From: an uncultured virus (IMG/VR IMGVR_UViG_3300002220_000047)
Lineage: Duplodnaviria; Heunggongvirae; Uroviricota; Caudoviricetes
Virus record (IMG/VR): IMGVR_UViG_3300002220_000047
Strand: one strand, 5' to 3'
DNA: 20,000 bases
This document shows positions 1 to 9,119 of this stretch, piece by piece (position 1 is the stretch's first letter; each line of letters starts with the position of its first letter). The position numbers and the translations under genes are program-made. Under the pieces are notes generated by a model. It had not been told where the DNA came from. It was given only the letters and a program-made list of their open reading frames with translations, and did not search any database.

Positions 1-2
1 AA

Positions 3-872
3 AGTAATACTCCAAATGATCCTTCTACTATTAAGTTCGATGAGACTAAATTACCAATGATGTCAGTGATGAAAGAACTACAACCTTTGATGATTCATTT
101 TTTAAAGAATCTTGTATATGGAGAAGTATTTAGTACTGGCGCTACTACAGTCCAAGCAATTGATCCTAAAACACATACAATGAAATATATTCAGGTCAGT
201 CCTAAAGAAGTTAGAAAAAGAACTACCTCTAAAGGTATTGAAGATTTAATTAATAAGTTTAAACAAATTAGATTCCGAGATAAATCTGTTGCTGTTTTTG
301 ATTCGGAAGGAAATGAATATTGGATTTATATGATTTATGATCTAGGTAATCGTGTCTATATGTTTAAGACAATAGAAGAGCTTCATTCTCTTATGAATAA
401 AATGAATGACACTAATGATATTGATAGTAGTAAAATAAGATCGCTGACTTGGTCAGAAGTTGTTTATATTGGAACTTGTGTTGTATCGAAAGATAAACAC
501 GCATTCATAACTAGATATCCCGCAATTGAAGATGGATCTATATTTCCTAGTAAGATACACGTTCTATCTACTACTCCCGATAGAAAAGTAGAAGTTGTTT
601 CATTAGCTCAAACTTTCATTCTTCCTCATTATCCAATTTTAGGTTCTAAGTTTCACGATAGTTTGATGGTTCATCCTTCTAAATTAGCTGGTCTAGGTAT
701 GGATTTCGATGGTGATACTGGATCTATTAATGCTCTTATGGCTGACGATACTAATGAAGAAGTAGCTAATTATTTAAATAGCGCTAGGTCTATTATCGAC
801 GACAATATGCAATTAAAACTAGGTGAAGGTGCTGGTATTGTAGAATTTGTAGTTTCCAATCTTAGTAAATAA
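3..872 (+). CDS. Virion-type multisubunit RNA polymerase beta' N-terminal subunit (phiKZ gp180-like), 5'-truncated by the window
   Basis: Frame is open from position 3 (SNTPNDPSTIKFDETKLPM...). Contains ITRYP and the catalytic Mg-binding motif GMDFDGDT near the C-terminus; the protein ends ~50 aa later, as in split jumbo-phage beta' subunits. Virion versus non-virion assignment is inferred. Confidence 0.88.
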   Translation, partial: SNTPNDPSTIKFDETKLPMMSVMKELQPLMIHFLKNLVYGEVFSTGATTVQAIDPKTHTMKYIQVSPKEVRKRTTSKGIEDLINKFKQIRFRDKSVAVFDSEGNEYWIYMIYDLGNRVYMFKTIEELHSLMNKMNDTNDIDSSKIRSLTWSEVVYIGTCVVSKDKHAFITRYPAIEDGSIFPSKIHVLSTTPDRKVEVVSLAQTFILPHYPILGSKFHDSLMVHPSKLAGLGMDFDGDTGSINALMADDTNEEVANYLNSARSIIDDNMQLKLGEGAGIVEFVVSNLSK

Positions 873-881
873 TATCTTCGG

Positions 882-914
882 ATACATCAGGGCGCTAAAT
901 GCGCCCTGATGTAT
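882..914. terminator. Bidirectional intrinsic terminator
   Basis: Perfect 14-bp stem ATACATCAGGGCGC-taaat-GCGCCCTGATGTAT between convergent genes; T-rich downstream on +. Confidence 0.85.
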
Positions 915-922
915 TTTGTTCT

Positions 923-3178
923 TTAATCATATCTTCTAGTTCTAATAACAGAATGAAATTGATTTATATCTACATCTGTAGGTAATTCAACATGTAACTT
1001 TTCTAATGTAAGTGTTGATAAAGAATCTGTATGAGATACTAAATCTTGCGCTAAAGTCAATACATCATCAAAAAGATCAATTGTTCCTAGAACATCTAGT
1101 GATAATTCACTTTCTCCAAATTTCAAAGAATGGTTAGTTAGATTCAGAGAAGTCTCACCGAATAAATTTACTGGTATCTTTAACGATGCGAAACCGAAAG
1201 AACGTGTAAATTCATCCATCCAGTGGGTATGATTAAAAACACTAGCAGCTAATAATACATGAATATTACCTTTATTATCTATAAGTGTAGAACCAACCGA
1301 AATATTAGATATTTCTATTTCAGAACGAGTGTTTATTAATTTATCTGATATTAAAAGATCACTAAAAGACATTACGTAATATTCATAATGATATCCAGAA
1401 AATTCTTCACCAGCTAATAGAGAAAATATTAATTTATTATTAATAGTATCAAAAAAGATATCACATCCGACTATAATGTAAAATCCATCAACAACTACTT
1501 CTTTAGATGATATGAGTGTTAGATCGGATGAAAATTTAAATAACTTAGTAGCTCTATATCCATAAGCTACATTTTCACTATATGTATATAAATTGTCATT
1601 ATTGTCTTTAGTTATTTTCTTGAAGTCAGTTACTTTATTAGGAGAAGATGAATTCAATATAGCTAAATTAGAATCTAATCTAACGATAAGCCCAGAACCA
1701 TTTGAGAATGATCCTTCTCCAACAGCTACAAAATTACCATTTGATAATTCTACAATATCTCTAAGAGAACATGTATAATTTTCTTCACCGATTATTTTTA
1801 AATTAGCTACTTTAGTACTAACGAAATTAAAAGCCATTTTAGCTACAAATGCTTTTTCAATCCCATTCAAATACATAGTGTGTCCAACAACAACAATATT
1901 CAATCCATCGTTAGTAATTATAACTTTATTTAAACTACCTCCGGTAATAAAATCTTTGATTATTACAGAAGAGATTATTTCTAGATTCTTGTTTAGTATA
2001 AGAATTACTGGAAAAGACATCTCTTGTGGTACTGAGATGTCTCCAACTACTATTATTTTCTCTCCATCAGAACTAATACACATACTTTTAAATTCTAATG
2101 ATTTGAGTAGAGTACCGTGTGCATTCAATATTCCATATTTAACTATTCTTTTTACTTTCTGATTTATATTAGAAATAATAATTACTGAATCGCGATTAAA
2201 TGGTTGTCCTGTTGATATTTGTTCAGCCACTTGATGACCGCAAGAATATATAGAATTATCTCTAATAAATGAATCAGTTATGATCGCATCATTAGAACCA
2301 AATTCACTCCAGATTCCGAAATCTTCGTTTACATAAAAATTAACAGAAGATTTAATAGCTTCTTCTACGCCATCATTTATTGTTATTGAAAATGAGATAT
2401 TTCTAATAGTAACATCATCTACAGATACTTTAAATATCGGACTACTTACTGACCCGACTTGGGTTATTACTACTCCGGGATCAATACATGTCATTTCGAA
2501 TACGAGATTCGTTTCATTTGAAGAATTTATATATTTTATTTTAGCGTAGTATTCAGTGAAACAAAATAATCCATTAGGATTCATTTTCTCACCAGGAAGA
2601 ACTCTCATATCTACAAGATCTGTACAATCTGGATCTGTAAAGAATTCTAACTTCTCAATATGAAGATTAGTGATCTCCATAGCTTCTACGTTAACTTCAA
2701 GAAATAGATTCGTTTTTGTTATTGAGTTAGTTATTTTTCCATCATTAACTACAGAGAGAGAATTATTAGGAGCTAGACGTATATCATAATCTACAACAGC
2801 TGCTTTATTTGTAAGTCCTAAAAGTGCAGTATCTTGATTTTCATTAACTATATCTAAGTCATCGAGATCTTCAAGAAAATCAACTAATTTTATTCCACTA
2901 TTAATCAACATTCCATCTTGAGCTATTACTATTTCACCTTCCATTTCTACTGTTGGTTCTATGAATATATTACTTCCAGCTGAAGTTGTATTTAATAATT
3001 CAGTAAGAGTAAAAAGAATGGGCAGATCCTTATATAAAGTCTGCCCATCCCCTAATTTAAATACCCCATTGTCTAAAGCGAAAACAAGTACACCATCTGT
3101 TATTGGTCTAACTGTATCGCTCCAGACATTGGAGGTTCCTTTCGAATATTCGACGATCGCCTTCAATCGTTTAAGCAT
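923..3178 (-). CDS. Putative tail fibre/receptor-binding protein (Mtd_N/hyaluronidase-N-like anchor plus probable beta-propeller)
   Basis: N-terminal W..xxxPITDGVLVFALDNGVFKLGDGQTLYKDLP resembles the KIGDG...WNDLPY tail-fibre anchor motif. C-terminal repeats (SSDGEKIIVVG, TNDGLNIVVVG, LSNGNFVAVG, DNNDNLYTYS) suggest propeller blades. Start overlaps the upstream stop by 8 nt. Confidence 0.7.
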   Translation of the reverse strand: MLKRLKAIVEYSKGTSNVWSDTVRPITDGVLVFALDNGVFKLGDGQTLYKDLPILFTLTELLNTTSAGSNIFIEPTVEMEGEIVIAQDGMLINSGIKLVDFLEDLDDLDIVNENQDTALLGLTNKAAVVDYDIRLAPNNSLSVVNDGKITNSITKTNLFLEVNVEAMEITNLHIEKLEFFTDPDCTDLVDMRVLPGEKMNPNGLFCFTEYYAKIKYINSSNETNLVFEMTCIDPGVVITQVGSVSSPIFKVSVDDVTIRNISFSITINDGVEEAIKSSVNFYVNEDFGIWSEFGSNDAIITDSFIRDNSIYSCGHQVAEQISTGQPFNRDSVIIISNINQKVKRIVKYGILNAHGTLLKSLEFKSMCISSDGEKIIVVGDISVPQEMSFPVILILNKNLEIISSVIIKDFITGGSLNKVIITNDGLNIVVVGHTMYLNGIEKAFVAKMAFNFVSTKVANLKIIGEENYTCSLRDIVELSNGNFVAVGEGSFSNGSGLIVRLDSNLAILNSSSPNKVTDFKKITKDNNDNLYTYSENVAYGYRATKLFKFSSDLTLISSKEVVVDGFYIIVGCDIFFDTINNKLIFSLLAGEEFSGYHYEYYVMSFSDLLISDKLINTRSEIEISNISVGSTLIDNKGNIHVLLAASVFNHTHWMDEFTRSFGFASLKIPVNLFGETSLNLTNHSLKFGESELSLDVLGTIDLFDDVLTLAQDLVSHTDSLSTLTLEKLHVELPTDVDINQFHSVIRTRRYD

Positions 3179-5249
3179 ATTTTACTATCATGTTTTTTAT
3201 TTTAAATGTACTCGTAGTTACATTATTTTCTTTAGGAATAATAACTACATCTATAGTTTCATCGATGTCTGAAATTATATATCTGAAAACAAAATTAACA
3301 TCACGATAGAAAAATTCTCCATAACCAGAAGATACTTCAGTATCAGAATTATAAGAGCTTAGAATAGTTGTAGCTCGTATCGCTGCATCATCAACTTCCT
3401 CGACGATATCATCTACTCCAAGAATAAAATTATTAATAGCCACAAACTCAGTTCCGACTTCATTATCAGCAGCGCCACACGTTGTGAAATCTAGAGTGGT
3501 TCTGGCAATGATTCTATATTTCGTATCAATGACTAATTGATATGCTTCTATCAATTCTACGCTAGGATTCGCTATTAGATCAACGATAATCTTATCAATC
3601 AAGAGTTTATCTACTGCAGAAAAGAACTGTGGATATGCATCAGTATTATCTAAGACAGTAGGAAAGTCAGGATCGCCAAAAGGAGTAACCCCAGCTTCTA
3701 TATCTTTATTAAGAACGATATACATACCTTCGATCATCGGAATGATTTGGGTTTTAGAGGAATAATCGACACCTACAGAAGACCAGGTTGTAACTCCATC
3801 AGGCATCAGAACATCATCGTCTTGAGGAGGAGTATTTGCAGGATCGAAAGGTACTAACAACCAACAAGATTCTTTACCACTAAGATCTTCAATAGAAAGA
3901 GTTTCCTGAAGAGCCACAGTAAGTTTCATTCCAATCTGAAGAATAACACCTTCATAAGATCCACCAGTATTAGCACGAAGAAGTCTTAATTTAGGAGTAG
4001 CTGCAGATAAAACATTATTAGGAACATTGCTATTTAAACAACGTACTGACATAACGCTATTATTAACATTAATAACATCTACAGCTACAGAACATTCAAA
4101 CATCATCTTTGAATATAAAGAAGCTATTCTAAATTTAAATACATCAGATTTAATATAATCAGTAGAACCTTCTACTTGATAAAGAGTAGCAATATTCCAG
4201 AAATGATCTGTACTATCGATTGCGGATACCTTCTTCAACAAAGAGGTACCGCTACTGATATCACCATAAGACGGTAAACCGTTTTGAAGAAGAAGTCGCA
4301 TTTTTCCCTCCAGACTTTGAAGTTGATCTTTCATTTTTGTAATAACAGGCGATGATCTTAAAGTAGGTGCGGTAATAAAAGGATTACCAGTAAGGAAATC
4401 TACTATAGAATTTATTTTTTCATTAGTAGTGACGATACTGGTGACATCAGTCTGACCACCATATGCCTGATAGTCTATTTTAACATCACCGACAAATTCA
4501 ATTAACATCTTTATTGTACTAAACAAACCAGAAGCATTAGCTGAAGTTGATGTTTTTGCAATATCTGCTTCGATTACTTTATAATCTATATCTTCGGTTA
4601 GAACATTTTGAGTAAGATTGTTTTTTACAACGAGAGAGTTTTTAAAGAATGCCCCGTATGTAGGTCTTATGAAAATAATATTATCTAGAGAGTTTACATT
4701 ATGAATTTCATTAGTAATCATATTAGCCGGATTTGTTCCATCTGGATCGATATCTAAAACTCTAATATCTCCAGTTGCGATCGAATAACCTTTTGATCTA
4801 TAAAGAAGAATTTCACTCAACAATTCTAATCTTCGAGACATATTCGATATTAAAGCTGGAGTAAGTTCAACATGCTGAAGAGGATCGATGATTGAATAAT
4901 CAAAAGAATTAGGATATATCTGATTGAATTTCAACTGAATGTGATATTCAGATACAAATGTTTTATTGATAGTAATACTCTTTAATAATGTTTTATTAAA
5001 GGACGCATCAATAGCTTTCATTTTAGACATAGCGTCGTAATTGATATCACTACTCAATATAATAAATTCTGTATTTCTAACAAGATTTACAGGAAGACCA
5101 TCTACCATGATTACTTCTAATTTTTCATTATCGAAAACTGGAATGTCAAACATGATTTTCTGGGTGTTCATGAATACCATGCGTTCAACGTCTGTCACAT
5201 AGAATTCAGGATCAATACCAGTTAAATCGTATGAATAATACATCGACAT
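3171..5249 (-). CDS. Virion structural (baseplate/tail-fibre-associated) protein of phiKZ-like phages
   Basis: Motifs DPDGTNPANMITNEIH, IRPTYGAFF and IDYQAYGG resemble conserved phiKZ-like tail/baseplate proteins; paralogous to 6574..7878; GGGAG SD upstream. Confidence 0.65.
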   Translation of the reverse strand: MSMYYSYDLTGIDPEFYVTDVERMVFMNTQKIMFDIPVFDNEKLEVIMVDGLPVNLVRNTEFIILSSDINYDAMSKMKAIDASFNKTLLKSITINKTFVSEYHIQLKFNQIYPNSFDYSIIDPLQHVELTPALISNMSRRLELLSEILLYRSKGYSIATGDIRVLDIDPDGTNPANMITNEIHNVNSLDNIIFIRPTYGAFFKNSLVVKNNLTQNVLTEDIDYKVIEADIAKTSTSANASGLFSTIKMLIEFVGDVKIDYQAYGGQTDVTSIVTTNEKINSIVDFLTGNPFITAPTLRSSPVITKMKDQLQSLEGKMRLLLQNGLPSYGDISSGTSLLKKVSAIDSTDHFWNIATLYQVEGSTDYIKSDVFKFRIASLYSKMMFECSVAVDVINVNNSVMSVRCLNSNVPNNVLSAATPKLRLLRANTGGSYEGVILQIGMKLTVALQETLSIEDLSGKESCWLLVPFDPANTPPQDDDVLMPDGVTTWSSVGVDYSSKTQIIPMIEGMYIVLNKDIEAGVTPFGDPDFPTVLDNTDAYPQFFSAVDKLLIDKIIVDLIANPSVELIEAYQLVIDTKYRIIARTTLDFTTCGAADNEVGTEFVAINNFILGVDDIVEEVDDAAIRATTILSSYNSDTEVSSGYGEFFYRDVNFVFRYIISDIDETIDVVIIPKENNVTTSTFKIKNMIVKYA

Positions 5250-5265
5250 GATTTATTATCTCCCG

Positions 5266-5874
5266 CTATGGTTGCTGAATTTGAATTATTGTATCTTCGT
5301 ATGACGCGAGAAGATTTTGTAAATCAGCGATGATTTGCTGTAAAGCTAATTTATCTACATAATGATTAGTTACTCTTGTCACTAAAGCTTCTCTAGCTTC
5401 TTTTATTACTAAGTATTCATCCTGAGACATCCATACTTCTTTAGTGGCATAAATGACAGAAGGATTTGATACACCTATCATGGATTCTACGATCTGGTCA
5501 ACTTCACCTTGAATTGTAGTGAGAGTATCAATTTCTTCGTGAATACCCAAACCAATAGAAATACCTAATTCTAAATATTTCTGAATACTCGCATTAGGAG
5601 TTTCTTTTAATATATGTTCTGGAACATAAATAATATTACTTTCATCAAGTACTGATCTTAGTTTATAGATATTTTCATTTCGTAAAATAGGAAGATCCGT
5701 ATCGAAAGTTTCTGTTGGAATTGCTAACTTATCATAAAGATCGGTTTTAATATCGATTCCTAAACCGACCAATTCGGAATAAGATAAAACCATTAGTGAT
5801 GTATATATGCCGTCCAATTCCTCAAACGCAGTTATGAATACGAATTTATATGTGAAGTCTGGTTGAATTCTCAA
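5266..5874 (-). CDS. Jumbo-phage protein, probably virion-associated, with C-terminal coiled coil
   Basis: Start corrected to TTG at 5874, preceded by strong SD AAGGAGGT; the longer ORF call runs through a terminator hairpin. IYVP and GISIGLG motifs plus a coiled-coil tail resemble a conserved phiKZ-like family (from memory). Confidence 0.6.
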   Translation of the reverse strand: MRIQPDFTYKFVFITAFEELDGIYTSLMVLSYSELVGLGIDIKTDLYDKLAIPTETFDTDLPILRNENIYKLRSVLDESNIIYVPEHILKETPNASIQKYLELGISIGLGIHEEIDTLTTIQGEVDQIVESMIGVSNPSVIYATKEVWMSQDEYLVIKEAREALVTRVTNHYVDKLALQQIIADLQNLLASYEDTIIQIQQP

Positions 5875-5940
5875 GGTGTTACCTCCTTTTAATCTGTTAG
5901 TAGACTCATTAGATGATAAATGAATAATACAAAATGTATC

Positions 5941-5971
5941 AGTGAGATGCCTCAATAAGAGGCATCTCACT
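5941..5971 (-). terminator. Intrinsic terminator
   Basis: Perfect 13-bp stem AGTGAGATGCCTC-aataa-GAGGCATCTCACT just after the stop of 5983..6552. Confidence 0.8.
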
Positions 5972-5982
5972 AATTGCACAAA

Positions 5983-6552
5983 TTAGATTGTTGTAGGATC
6001 AATTCCTTTTGATGTCAGAAATGCTATCAAATTCTGACGGATGATCTGAGAATTTTCATTCATAGTTAAAGGATCTTCAGAATTTATAATAGTGTCTAGT
6101 CTATCTTTAGTAATAGAAAATCTCCATTCGCAATATGCATTCACTAATGTCTGAGCTAAAGGTTTCAGTGTATCGACTACATATCCATCATCTCCAGTAT
6201 ATGATAATACAGCCATTACTTCAGAATGGCTCATGAAGATCTTTCTGCTGAATACTCCGAAGAACGTTGAGTCATAAATGTTTCTTGTTACTCTCATCAT
6301 TTCTTTCTTTTTCGATTCTACTGAAGCGCTTAACCGACTAGCTTTTTTAGCATCTAGAACTATTTTTTCTTCAGCAGTAATTTCTCTTACTTTAATTTTA
6401 TATTGATTAGTTAGGTCTTCTTCTATAATGTAGTGATCAGCATTTGTATAATCACTATGTATAACGAAAACTGGAAAATGATCTTTAGGGAGAAGTTCCG
6501 TACTCGAAATCGCATTGATTCTTCTGTTAATGGTATCGACTCTTACAAACAT
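5983..6552 (-). CDS. Hypothetical protein, possible tail-fibre assembly chaperone
   Basis: 189 aa, GAGGAG SD, directly downstream of a tail-fibre gene; beta-rich N-terminus followed by a helical region, as in Tfa-like chaperones. Function inferred from position. Confidence 0.5.
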   Translation of the reverse strand: MFVRVDTINRRINAISSTELLPKDHFPVFVIHSDYTNADHYIIEEDLTNQYKIKVREITAEEKIVLDAKKASRLSASVESKKKEMMRVTRNIYDSTFFGVFSRKIFMSHSEVMAVLSYTGDDGYVVDTLKPLAQTLVNAYCEWRFSITKDRLDTIINSEDPLTMNENSQIIRQNLIAFLTSKGIDPTTI

Positions 6553-6573
6553 TTTTCAACTCCTCGTGTTTAT

Positions 6574-7878
6574 TTAAGCGGGTAGTTTGATATCATTTTC
6601 AATGACAGCTATTGAGATATTACCAGCATTACCATTTCCAGATATTTTAATTTTATCAGTACCAGCTGCTGTAAATGCTATTACTCCAGAAGTCATCTTC
6701 CAAGGATGTGTAATGACGAAAGATCCCCAATTTGTTGCTTCTACGATGATTTCCCAATATCCAGTATCTGGTAAATTAGATACAGAAAGAGTACATGCTC
6801 CATCTGACGTATGTGTAAAATAGTTGGCTTGATCTAAGTTAAAATCGATGTTTCCATTATCGATTCCTAATACATTAGTTTTACCAATTCCCAAAGGAAT
6901 AGCATTTCTTAAAATACTAAACTGTCCGATTAAAGAATTAAGAACACTTGAAAGATTCTGAAAAGATGGAGAAGATTTCAGATTTCCGGAAGTTAACATA
7001 GAATTCGTATTCAAAAAAGTAGCCATAGATACTACAATATCTTTCATCGTATTCATCGTAGTTCTAGAAACCGTATCACCATATGCGTGGTAATCTATTT
7101 CAACTTCTCCAACAAATGCAGTTAGAAATCTTATCGATCTAAAGACTCCAGATGAATTTGCTGACATTGTGGTCAGAGGAATATCTGAGTCTATGATTTC
7201 ATAATCTGTATCTAATATAAATAATGTCTGAGCTAGCTTTCTACGGATAACTACTGAATCTTTAAAGAATGCTCCATACGAAGGACGAATATATGATATA
7301 CCTGCAATCGTGTTTATGTTGTGAGTTTCGTCAGTAATTTCATTTGTTTCATTAATCCCATCAATATCAGGTTCTAATATTTTTATCGTTTGAGATTCTA
7401 AAGAATAGTTTCCATTACTAGATGCCATAACTGATCTGAGCTGTTCTACCTGCAAGGCTAGATTACTTACAAATTCAGTAGTGGCATCCACTAGTTCTTC
7501 GGGATCTACAGAAGACAATGTTACATTATTCGGATATAACTGATTAAACGAAAGACTAACAGAGTAATCAGTCACGAATGTTTTTATAATAGTAATGTTT
7601 TTTAAAAGAGTAGTATTTCCAAAAGCATTATCTATTACAAGCATTTCGCTAATAGCTTCTTCATCGATATCATCAACACCGATTTCCCAATCAACGTCTT
7701 TAACCATAAGAACTGGAACATCGCCAGGTACTAATCTATATACTACTAATTCAGCATTATCAAAAACTGGAAATTTAAATACTAATTTCTGATTATCTCT
7801 AAAAATTCGTTTAATGAGTTCAGTGACATGATAATCCGGAAGTAGTCCGGTTAAATCTGGAGTTCCATAATTTGCCAT
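6574..7878 (-). CDS. Tail-fibre-like virion protein (phiKZ-like anchor domains plus C-terminal beta-sandwich tip)
   Basis: Start at MANYG (GGAG SD). N-terminal ~320 aa paralogous to 3171..5249. C-terminal IDFNLDQANYFTHT...TLSVSNLP...FTAAGTD resembles a widespread phage tail-fibre C-terminal domain. Confidence 0.68.
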   Translation of the reverse strand: MANYGTPDLTGLLPDYHVTELIKRIFRDNQKLVFKFPVFDNAELVVYRLVPGDVPVLMVKDVDWEIGVDDIDEEAISEMLVIDNAFGNTTLLKNITIIKTFVTDYSVSLSFNQLYPNNVTLSSVDPEELVDATTEFVSNLALQVEQLRSVMASSNGNYSLESQTIKILEPDIDGINETNEITDETHNINTIAGISYIRPSYGAFFKDSVVIRRKLAQTLFILDTDYEIIDSDIPLTTMSANSSGVFRSIRFLTAFVGEVEIDYHAYGDTVSRTTMNTMKDIVVSMATFLNTNSMLTSGNLKSSPSFQNLSSVLNSLIGQFSILRNAIPLGIGKTNVLGIDNGNIDFNLDQANYFTHTSDGACTLSVSNLPDTGYWEIIVEATNWGSFVITHPWKMTSGVIAFTAAGTDKIKISGNGNAGNISIAVIENDIKLPA

Positions 7879-7954
7879 ATCAATCTCCATGAGGATTGTT
7901 GTTATTTAAACCTATTCTTATTTCATTTAATGGTAGACCTAATATATTAAACAG

Positions 7955-7987
7955 AGTAATGAACGCCAGTTTGAGGCGTTCATTACT
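7955..7987 (-). terminator. Intrinsic terminator
   Basis: Perfect 13-bp stem AGTAATGAACGCC-agtttga-GGCGTTCATTACT downstream of the DarG-like gene. Confidence 0.8.
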
Positions 7988-8003
7988 TTTAAGAAGCATT
8001 TCA

Positions 8004-9035
8004 TTAAAATCCACTAAATGGATCATCGTTATTAGCTGGAGCTTTACTGTAATTATTAGAATTATTATTACCACTATTATTTTTAGCAGCCCAGTCTCTT
8101 TGACTCATTTTTTTAAGAGCTTCTTTCCAATCGTTTTTCAGAATCAAATACATACGATATCGATCTACACCAAGCTGATCAATTATATCTTTAGCCGCAG
8201 TTTCGAAATGACTAATGTTATTCCCTAACACTAAAGTCATTTTAGTAGGATCAACACCACGCATTGCATTAAATAAGATTCCGTGATTAACCATGAAACT
8301 CATTTTCATCATGAACTCTTTAAAGAATTCACCATGGTCGGTTTTATAAAATTCAACTTCTTTGAAATAACCATTATCTTTAAATACTTTATAAAATCTA
8401 ACTAGAGATGACTTAGACATTTTGTATCTCGATAGTCTAGTGAAAAGATCTTTGAGAACAATCATTACAAGTATATCATCTTTTGAAGACATTCGTGTTT
8501 CTTTAAGAGGATTAATTTTCCACGATACTATAGATTTACCTTGAAGTGTCATGATGTCAATAATAAAATATTTTAATTTATCTTCTTCATCCATGAGATG
8601 AACATCAATAGCTGAATATGATAAGTAATCGATGATAGGTTGAATTGCTAAAGAGTCGGCCAGCCTACTAGTTTTAAAATCAATTACCGGTATAACTATT
8701 TTCTTAATAAAGAATTTATTTTCTAGACTAATCAATTGATCGAGACAATCTAGAATATCCACTAAAGCTGCACCATATCGATCTACTGTTTTTATAACTA
8801 ATAAGATTACTCTGCATTCTTCATTCACTGGAATGATAAATACATTTCCAGGAATAAGAGTTTTCCCAGAATATAATTCATCGAATTTTTGATTAAGTTC
8901 TGGATATTCTTTACATATTGATAAGAAATAACTATTCTCTCTAATATTATCAACGGCTACTGGAATAACTATATCTTTTACATCTATTTCTTTTTTAAGA
9001 TCTGTGATTGATTTACTCGTATGAACTGTAAGCAT
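8004..9035 (-). CDS. Divergent DarG-like protein (degenerate macrodomain plus DarG C-terminal-like domain)
   Basis: Start at MLTVH (GAGG SD). Pattern IVIPV...L...KEYPE...PGNVFII...VILLVIK...L.DI...L..LI...IKKIVIP aligns nearly without gaps to DarG macrodomains as recalled. EFYKTDHGEF matches the DarG C-terminal F.(K)GxYGPY segment. Confidence 0.65.
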   Translation of the reverse strand: MLTVHTSKSITDLKKEIDVKDIVIPVAVDNIRENSYFLSICKEYPELNQKFDELYSGKTLIPGNVFIIPVNEECRVILLVIKTVDRYGAALVDILDCLDQLISLENKFFIKKIVIPVIDFKTSRLADSLAIQPIIDYLSYSAIDVHLMDEEDKLKYFIIDIMTLQGKSIVSWKINPLKETRMSSKDDILVMIVLKDLFTRLSRYKMSKSSLVRFYKVFKDNGYFKEVEFYKTDHGEFFKEFMMKMSFMVNHGILFNAMRGVDPTKMTLVLGNNISHFETAAKDIIDQLGVDRYRMYLILKNDWKEALKKMSQRDWAAKNNSGNNNSNNYSKAPANNDDPFSGF

Positions 9036-9119
9036 TGCGTATTCCTCATGATGGTTATTTTTAAAAGAAGTCATTGAATTGTATTTAACAATAATTTTAA
9101 ACCCGGAGAACGTATAAGA

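Noticed and set aside
923..1300. Diversity-generating retroelement target suggested by the Mtd_N-like anchor
   Set aside because: No reverse transcriptase, template/variable repeat pair or C-type-lectin-like C-terminus visible in the window.
1593..3272. Plus-strand ORFs 1593..1778, 1878..2162 and 2961..3272
   Set aside because: Antisense shadows of long minus-strand genes, with no SD or motifs.
5875..5979. 35-aa N-terminal extension of the 5266 ORF
   Set aside because: Spans a terminator; a strong SD supports TTG at 5874.
6587..8228. ORFs 6587..6823, 7595..7792, 7880..8074 and 7896..8228
   Set aside because: Antisense or off-frame overlaps; two run through a terminator hairpin.
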